Shown piece after piece: positions 55,083-64,000 of a stretch of DNA of 64,000 nt. The notes under the pieces are model-generated. The model had not been told where the DNA came from. It did not search any database and saw only the letters and a list, made by a program, of their open reading frames with translations. The translations under genes and the position numbers were made by a program. The stretch is from Flaccisagitta enflata. Its lineage: Eukaryota. Within the stretch, counting starts at the first letter, position 1, and each line of letters opens with the position of its first letter. The stretch spans positions 620,001 to 684,000 of the forward strand of contig OZ231126.1 in NCBI GenBank assembly GCA_965153355.1. Reading direction: 5' to 3'.

Positions 55083-58000
55083 ATAAAAAATACTGAGTTG
55101 AATTTTTATATTTTGCTATGAAATAATGATTTAAGCATTCCCAAAGACAAATCCATCGGTTCTTCTGACTTAACATTTCATTTTGACCGTCCAAAGCCTC
55201 CAAAGTTGCGTGACTCCAAGAAAACCCGACGGAGCTATGAGAAATGTGTTCACACTTTAGTGCATGTAATCACTAAAATGCTCATATCTCCAGAACGCCT
55301 AAAGCTATGGTCTTGAAATTTTGAATGTAGACGCAGAATTTCATGCTCTTTCAGACCATACTTCATGGCGGGGCCCCTGGTATCATGTGACTGGTCAAAT
55401 CACCATGACACATAGCGTGACATGAGCGTGACAGGGTGTGAACACATTTCTCATAGCACATTCAAAACGTTATATCTCCGGTCTGAGAAATGGGAAAGTC
55501 GTAAAATTTGGCATGAACACCCTCACATGACTTTTTTAAACGGGCAAAAAAGAAAAAGTTTTGAAATCCAAAGTAATGTGCCTTTTTTTTTGGTTTAGTC
55601 AATCTTTTTCAAAAAAATCGTCAAAATGGGTGATTAAAAAAAAATCAGAAGTTGTAAATTTACAATATAAAAAAGTGACCTATCATTGTGAGATTTTAGA
55701 TGCTTTGAACCACAACCAAGACGAATGAAAATGACCCTTTCTCTCATACCATTTTCTGTTTTTTGTTATCTTTTACCCCTATGAAAGTCAGTGTGACCTA
55801 TGTGAGACATACCAAAATCACTAAAATTAGGCCTTTTTTGGGCCATAGAGCCTCATAATATGTCGCCAATGGAGACAAAAATTTGTTCCCTAGGTACTAA
55901 CTGATACCCCTGAACAGTTAATGGCACTTTTCTCACAAAATTGTTTTGGTAAGGATACTCGATATACCAGTTAATCAGGTTATCTCCCTGGCCCGGGGAA
56001 TCCTGAATCCTACCAGAACAAGTGAGCACTCATGAGCAAGTAAACAAGGCCGTATACAAGAGCCAAAGTTGCGTGCGGGTGGGCAGGGGCAGTGATGAAA
56101 TTGACCAACTAGACGGTTTGGCAGGAGCAGTAACCCCCAAACTGCCTGTAAACGCTAAAAAAAGCTAAACGTTACGGATGGACGGACCAACGGACTGACT
56201 GACAGACGGACAGAGTGGGTTGTAGAGTGGCGTGCACGAGATTAAAAAAAGAATAACAAGGTTGGATACAGGGCAATCCAGTCACGGAGGGTTGGGCAGG
56301 AGCAGTTATGCAAAAAAACACTCCCTGTTTTAGAAATATTTCCTACCAACCCACATGGCAAGTTTTAAAAAAAAAACACAGCAAGTTCTAGAGTCGCAAG
56401 TCCTCTATGGTAACAAAAAAAACAAGTAAGCACACATACGCAAGCATGAGCATGAATGCTACATCCACTGATTTTATTGGGTTTAAAAGGGGACTTTGAA
56501 GTTAAACCTGCTAAAATAAGCGGATTTAGAATTCTTGTTCATGCTTGCTTATGTGTGTTCACACACTCTTTTTTGTCACCATAGAGGATCACATGATGTT
56601 AAATAAGCATGTGAAGGGTCAAAATAGGAGACTTCTATGTTAAACCCGTTAAAATCAGCGGATTTAGCATTTGTGCTCATGCTTGCTCATGCTTGCTCAT
56701 GTGTGCTCTCTTGCTCTTTATCGTCACTTTAGAGGGTCTCATGATGTTAAAAGACATGTGAAGGACCAAAATAGAGGATTTTTATGTTAAACCAGTTGAA
56801 ATCAGCGGATTTAGCTTTCTTGCTCATGCTTGCTCATGCCTGCTCATGTGAGCTCACTTGCTTTTTTTTGTCACCATAGAGGTTCTCATGAAGTCAAATA
56901 AGCAGGTGAAGGAGCAAGATAGGGGATTTTGCCGTTAAACCCGTTAAAATCAGCGGTTTTAGCATGCTTGCTCATGCTTGCTCATGCTTGCTCATGTGTG
57001 CTCATGTGTGCTCACTTATTCTTTTTTGTCATTAAATAGGGTCTCAAGATACTGGATATGCATGTGGAGGACCAAAATAGGGGAATTTGCCGTTAAACCC
57101 GTTAAAATCAGCGGTTTTAGCATGCTTGCTCATGCTTGCTCATGCTTACTCATGTGTGCTTATGTGTGCTCACTTATTCTTTTTGTCATTAAATAGGGTC
57201 TCAAGATACTGGATATGCATGTGGAGAACCAAAAAAGGGGAATTGACCGTTAAACCCGTTAAAATCAGCGGTTTTAGTATGCTTGCTCATGCTTGCTCAT
57301 GCTTGCTCATGTGTGCTCATGTGTGCTCTTTTATTCTCTTTTGTCATTAAAAAGGGTCTCAAGGTACTGGATATGCATGTGGAGGACCAAAATAGAGGAA
57401 TTTGCTGTTAAACCCATTAAAATCAGCAGTTTTAGCATGCTTGCTCATGCTTGTATATGCTTGCTCATGTGTGCTCATGTGTGCTCACGTATTCTTTTTT
57501 GTCATTTGATAGGGTCTCAAGATACTGGATATGCATGTGGAGGACCAAAATAGGGGAATTTGCCGTTATACCCGTTAAAATCAGCGGTTTTAGCATGCTT
57601 GCTCATGCTTGCTCATGTGTGCTCATGTGTGCTCACTTATTCTTTTTTGTCATTAAATAGGGTCTCAAGATACTAGATATGCATGTGGAGGACCAAAATA
57701 GGGGAATTTGCCATTAAACCTGTTAAAATCAGCGGTTTTAGCATGCTTGCGCATGTGTGCTCATGTGTGCTCACTTATTCTTTTTGTCATTAAATAGGGT
57801 CTCAAGATACTGGATATGCATGTAAAGGACCAAAATAGGGGAATTTACCATTAAACCCGTTAAAATCAGCGGTTTTAGCATACTTGCTCGTGTGTGCTCA
57901 TGTGTGCTCACTTATTCTTTTTTGTCATTAAATAGGGTCTCAAGATACTGGATATGCATGTGGAGGACCAAAATAGGGGAATTTGCCGTTAAACCCGTTA

Positions 58001-58632
58001 AAATCAGCGGTTTTAGCATGCTTGCTCATGCTTGCTCATGTGTGCTCATGTGTGCTCACTTATTCTTTTTTCTCATTAAATAGGGTCTCAAGATAGTGGA
58101 TATGCATGTGGAGGACCACAATAGGGGAATTTGCTGTTAAACCCGTTAAAATCAGCGGTTTTAGCATGGTGATTTAAAAAAGTGACCCTGCCCCCGCTAA
58201 AACCAACGGATTTAACGTCAAATTTTTTTTGCCCCAATTTTGGGCCCCTTAGGGGCGGGGAGTATCTGAGATTAATGTTTCACCAAAGTCGGCTCACTTA
58301 GGGCCCTTAATGGCCAGAAAATGAAAAAAATCGAAGATGACGTATTTTGAGTAAAATTATAATTTATATTTTTTGCTATATAAACTATAGTAAATATCCT
58401 GTTGGAACTGTTGAAATCAACTAAATCAATTTTTCTTAAAATCTTTTTTTCATTTCTAAACGGAATTAGCCAGCGAGCTATGTTCGGTCTTGAATGGAAA
58501 TTTCTTTGTCATAGTTTATGATCTGTTTTTATTTCTTTAACGGATATTGAAGTCTAGCTGCTGGCTGCTGTAATCATGGTTAGGTTTTCTTATATTTTTT
58601 CTCCTAGATAGTAATGCCCTCTCGATGTAAAC

Positions 58633-60700
58633 CATGTGTATAGGCGTCTAGCAGTCGTTTTTCAGCCTCCATCTTTTCCGAGGCAACATCACGAAGATGA
58701 GAGGCTCTGGCGTGAATGTCTCTAGCTCTGGCTTTGACAATTTCTTTCCTTTCCTCCAAGGTAACATTGCCTTCTCGCGATCTGTTGTAGGAAACAGCGC
58801 CCAAGTGAATTTCCTTCAACGCCTCTTGATATTCCATGAAGTAGTCAAACAGAGCGGAGACATCTGCGCGGTGGTCGCCAGTGTGTTGGTTCCAATAGAC
58901 TCGACTTCCCGCCTTGCAGAAATTGACTGGGAAATGATTGGAAGGGTTGTCAGGATGGTAACATTCGCTTTTAGCGAAGTTTGAAGATGGCCAAAGTCTG
59001 TTTCTTCCGTCTAAACCATTCATCTTGCTCATGGTTGAACCGCAGTCCACCCACTGGGCCGGCAGCCATTCACCACGAAGCATCGGAGCGATGAATGGAT
59101 AAAACCAAACTCCATACGATACGATGAAAAGAGTGACATTGATGGTCGTATACACGTTCCAAAAGTCTCTCCAAAACGCTCGTTTTTGTTTCATCATCAT
59201 TTCTATCAGGTGGAAAATCGTAGCGATGGCGCAAAAGATAATCAATTTTTCCAGGTTATCCAGTGGACACATCACTTGAGTCATGTTACGAGAGGAGTAT
59301 TTGGAAATTTCTTTCAAGACGAGGGCGCAGAATACCAAATATACTATGACGTAATGTACGTAACTGTGATAGGGAGTGGCTCTCCCGCGCGACCAGTTGT
59401 CGATGGCATGTTTCCACTGACGCCATTTTGACAATTTGGGGCAAACTCCACTGGTCTTTCTATTCAGCCTACGCGTTTGCGCGAATTCATTTGCGGAACA
59501 GTCTTGATAGAAATAGAGAATTGGGGAAATCATCAATGTAAAAACCGGTTCTACCGCTGTGAATACCAAGTGCATCCAATAAACCAGCATCATCAAAAGT
59601 CTAGCGCAACAGCTGCTGGGTCCCTGAGCCGTAGGCCTCTTTGGTTCTTTGTGTTGAGAGGGATGCCACATCCTCTCTATAAACTTGTAACATTTCTCAT
59701 GGGTAAAGAATTCAGTTACATTGTAAGCGATAGAAGTCTCAATCAATGGACTAAGCCTCGGCTTTTTGCCTCCAATCCCTATCAAGACATCCATTTCCTG
59801 AAGAGCATACCCAGGCGTGTCTGCAGCGCCGTTATTGTAACCACCACCATCATCATCATCATCGTCATCCTCACGAGCAACGTTCAATAACTCGGTGGCA
59901 TAACTGACGCACTTTTCCTCTAACGTTTCATAGATCTCGACCTTAACATGCTCGTTTCTCGCTCTCTGTTTGAATCTGCCTGCCAATTCCAAACATCTCA
60001 TCATCGTGTGCGATTCTGTCAGGTTAATGTAAGATGGAGTACAAATGGCTTTTTGAGAAGCGTGGCTTGAAAACCATCGCATATGGTTGTCGGGGTGGTA
60101 TGGACGACAAGCTCTTGGGTGCAAAAGTAATCCGTCATTGTCACCTGAGACCAAAGTGCACAGCACTCTCTTTTGATCCCAAATCACAAAGCCATACTCC
60201 AACAGCATCGAAATCATGTCGTAATCATCCAAAAGACAGGCTCTCAATAATGGATTGGCCACCTCCTCATCCGTGAAAAATGTACTTTCATATGGATGCT
60301 TACTATCTTCCTCGAAGACGTGAAAATGTCGATAAAACACTCGGTTTTCATCCACCGAAGTCGAATTAAGGAACGTTGCGAAATTTTTGAATATCATTTT
60401 TGAAGAACCCATGGGTTTGAAATCTTTCTGTGGGGCTGGGTAGCTCTTCCTTGTGTCACAACCTGGACCACAGTGGTATCTTTGACGTACTCTGCAATCA
60501 AACTCGCTGACTAATGTATTCAAATCTTTGCCATTGTTTGGAACCTTTTTCTCACACTTGCTTGTCCTAACAACAATAGGGATCGATCTACCTCGCAAAA
60601 AGCCATTTATGGCGGCATAATCCAACAAACTTTTGGCTAACAGATGGTTTTGGCAATCAACAGCGTGAGTCAATGCATCTCCAAGACGGATCTTGTCATC
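58633..60700 (-). CDS. TRPC-like channel, exon 2 (ankyrins, linker, S1-S3, long loop)
   Basis: ttccag|DDKIRLGDALTHAV...NPLLRACLLDDYDMISMLLEYG...YETLEEKCVSYATELL...EFFTHEKC...DFWNVY, all aligning to TRPC motifs. The 3' end is uncertain: phase-1 donor candidates are at 58633, 58618 (GC) and about 59073. Confidence 0.85.
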
Positions 60701-61235
60701 CTGGAAGTTGGATTCAAGGGGATGGGGTTTGATGGGAAGCAAAATGCAGGGATCAACCATTAAAGTCGAGTGTGAACAGGGGGAGCATTAAGGAATTAGC
60801 TCTTGATTCTTCCTTTTTACGATCATTCGAAAGCAATTCAACAGTATTTGTGACACTATCCCTACAGAATTGTTGCAGTTAGTAATAAGTGAGGCAAGAA
60901 AAAGAAAAGAAATATTGCTAGAATAAAAGTTCAGGGGGACAATGATGGTAAGGAATGCAAAATTCTGATGGCAGTTTCACCATGAGCTATTTGAATGACA
61001 TGAACTGACTGGAGGATGGGCCAATTAATGAACAGATATAATCGGATTTACACCATATATGTCACATGATTGAGACCTAACAACCAACAAGTCCAAGCAC
61101 CTTGGCCCTGATAATTGTGTTCTGTCATTATTCATTTTGACATTAATCAAAGTCATGAGGTCCATCTTACTTTGGCTAAAGATGTCAGATTGCATCTAAA
61201 CGTTTCTAGTCTAATCCAATCTACATTTGTCTTAC

Positions 61236-61925
<690 letters not shown>

Positions 61926-64000
61926 GATGTCGTTGATGTTGTTGTGCTGTCGCTAATATTGTTCTTTACATGCAGTCCCGTGCAGTCTTGTTAAACGATG
62001 AGGAAAAAATAGATGATCCATCATCTAAATTTGAGTTACATGTAACAACACATGCGGAAAGTGTGGGAGGAAAGTCAACAAAGTAAATATATCACTCCGA
62101 TACCATAAAATTTGAACTAGAGGCACTACTTTCTGACAGAGGATTTGAGACAAAGATGATATCACTTTGGGGTTTTTTTTTCCAATTTTGTGTACGTCAT
62201 GGGTATACAAATCAAGAACTATTTAGTGGAAAGAGCGGTTTTTGAAAGTGAAGAATTCATAATTTTCAGCTTTATTTTGCATAAGAATTTTGCAGTTTAG
62301 TTTGACTCATTTTTAGTCGCGGACACGCGTCTCTACAACTTGCCGTGTCGGTCGTTCGGTCCGTCCATCGGTCCGTCCGTCTGTCCATCCGTCCGTCCGT
62401 CCGTCCGTCCGAAATATTTTTGAATCGCGAGCAGTTTTTGCATTACTGCTCCTGCCCAACCGTCCGCGACTGGATTGCCGTGTATTTGGCCTTGTTTGAT
62501 AGCATATTGTTAATCGTGGTGCAACTCCCTTTGATCTGATAAGTCGCACTGTACGGTTTTGATGAAAAATTCTTTTTTTTATATTTTTAGCCAACTCTGT
62601 ATTTTTTCAAACGGCGGCTTAGAAAATGAAAATGTCATCTCTTTGCAGATCTCTTAAGTGCGACCTATTAAATAGGAAGAGGGAATTGCATCAAGATTAT
62701 TTTGATTAAGTGTTATTGTAATTGTTATTTGGGTGTCAATCAATTTTGGAAACGCCAATCGGACATATGACCAAGCACAACCACAAATCAACTATCTTCA
62801 CAATTTTTTTTTTTTAGTTTTTTTTTTTACTGTAAATCATGAAGAAACAAGCCCAGCACAGTCCTGCAGTACTCCAAAACTACAGACCGGCGGACGGATG
62901 GACGGATGGACGGATGGACTGACACAGCAGGGTGTAAAGACGCGTGTCCGCGACTAAAACAAGTCTTCATGTCACCAGTAGAAAATATACGGAATATTTT
63001 TGTAAGAAAGCAAAAAAAGTAAAATAATCTCGATGCGCATGTTATGAAGTGGGTGCTTCATACCGAATGAATCTTGGGCCTAATTTCATGAAAAAAAAAC
63101 CTTAGGGGAAAGAATGACTAATCTGATTTGATATTTCCTTTTTTGGGCAGCGGCCCGAAGGGGCCGATGACCTATGCTTTCACACAGAAAGAAATTTTCT
63201 CCTCCTCCTTCTTCTCCTTCTCCTTCTCCTCCTCCTCCTCCTCCTTCTCCGTCCCCCCCCTGGCTTCCAAGCTCAAATCGCAGCCTCAAGCCCAAATCAC
63301 AGTCTCGAGCTTGAATCCCAGGCTCAGGGCTCAATTTCCAACCTTATGGCTTAAATCCCAGCTTCATCATTCATATTCCAATCTTTTGGCTCAAATCCCA
63401 GCCTTATGACTCAAATTACAGCCTTGCATAGGTCATCCGTTCCTTTGGGGCCTGCTGACCTCTCAAATCCCACCTCCTCCTTCCAAAGCCTAGTCTCAAG
63501 ACCAAAATCCTAGCTTTGAGGCTCAAATCCCCGCTTTGAAGCTCAAATCCCAGCCTTGAGGCTCAAATCTCAGTCTCCAGGCTAAAATCCCAGCCTCGAG
63601 GCTCAAATTCCAGCCCTTAAGCTCAAATCCCAGTCTCAAGGCACAAATCCCAGCCTCGAAGCTCAAATCCTAGCCTCAAAGCTCACATACCAGCTTCCAA
63701 GCTCAAATCCCTGCCCTGAAGCTCAAATCCCAACCTCAAAGCTCAAATCCCAGCCTCGAAGCTCAAATCTCAGCTTTGAAGCTGAAATCACAGCCTCGAA
63801 GCTCAAATCCCAGCCTCAAAGCCCTAATCCAAGCCTCAAGGCCCCAATCCCAGCCTCCAGGCCCTAATTCCAACCTTGAGGCCCAAATAAAAACAGCATA
63901 GGTCATCGGCCCCTTCGGGGCCGCTGCCCCTCTTACCACCTCACACCCACATACACTCACATAGGGGCAACGGGTACCGCTGACCATCTAACGCTTTTGC

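Larger units (their letters stand above)
48485..58429. mobile_element. ~10 kb foldback-like element in TRP intron 2
   Basis: 48485-48750 is a near-perfect reverse complement of 58165-58429. Inside the arms lie inverted arrays of a ~125-135 bp unit (48740-51310 and about 56540-58170). No transposase ORF seen. Confidence 0.8.

Noticed and set aside
48835-58083. Repeated MLAHACSC/RYWICMWRTK ORFs
   Set aside because: These are translations of the ~130-bp satellite units, in shifting frames with stops.
60701-60862. TRP exon 2 starting at ATG 60760 or at the tgtag acceptor at 60862
   Set aside because: The ttccag acceptor at 60701 joins exon 1 in phase and completes an ankyrin repeat. The upstream AG gives an immediate stop in phase 0.

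Overview
This is AT-rich, microsatellite- and transposon-dense metazoan nuclear DNA with spliceosomal introns; the organism cannot be named from the sequence. Three coding loci are supported. (1) A lone N-terminal DNase I-family exon at about 3169-3328 (+), with no downstream exons that I could find. (2) A seven-exon pancreatic-lipase-family gene at 29682-41180 (+), about 755 aa, with an intact Ser-Asp-His triad and a PLAT domain. It also carries a long Gly/Ala/Ser insert, a poly-Asn tract and an RGG tail. (3) A convergent, divergent five-exon TRPC-like channel gene at 61787-42990 (-), about 1210 aa. The rest is microsatellites, minisatellites, TIR MITEs, Helentron/HINE-like elements and a ~10 kb foldback-like element. 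Two structures stand out, both involving duplicated splice sites. In the TRP gene, an apparent GC-AG intron reduces to an in-frame 45-nt segment between two copies of a coding duplication once a nested MITE is removed, which looks like an intron being born. In the lipase gene, six 117-bp copies of a splice acceptor plus exon start differ almost only at synonymous sites. All exon boundaries were read by eye and need RNA confirmation.
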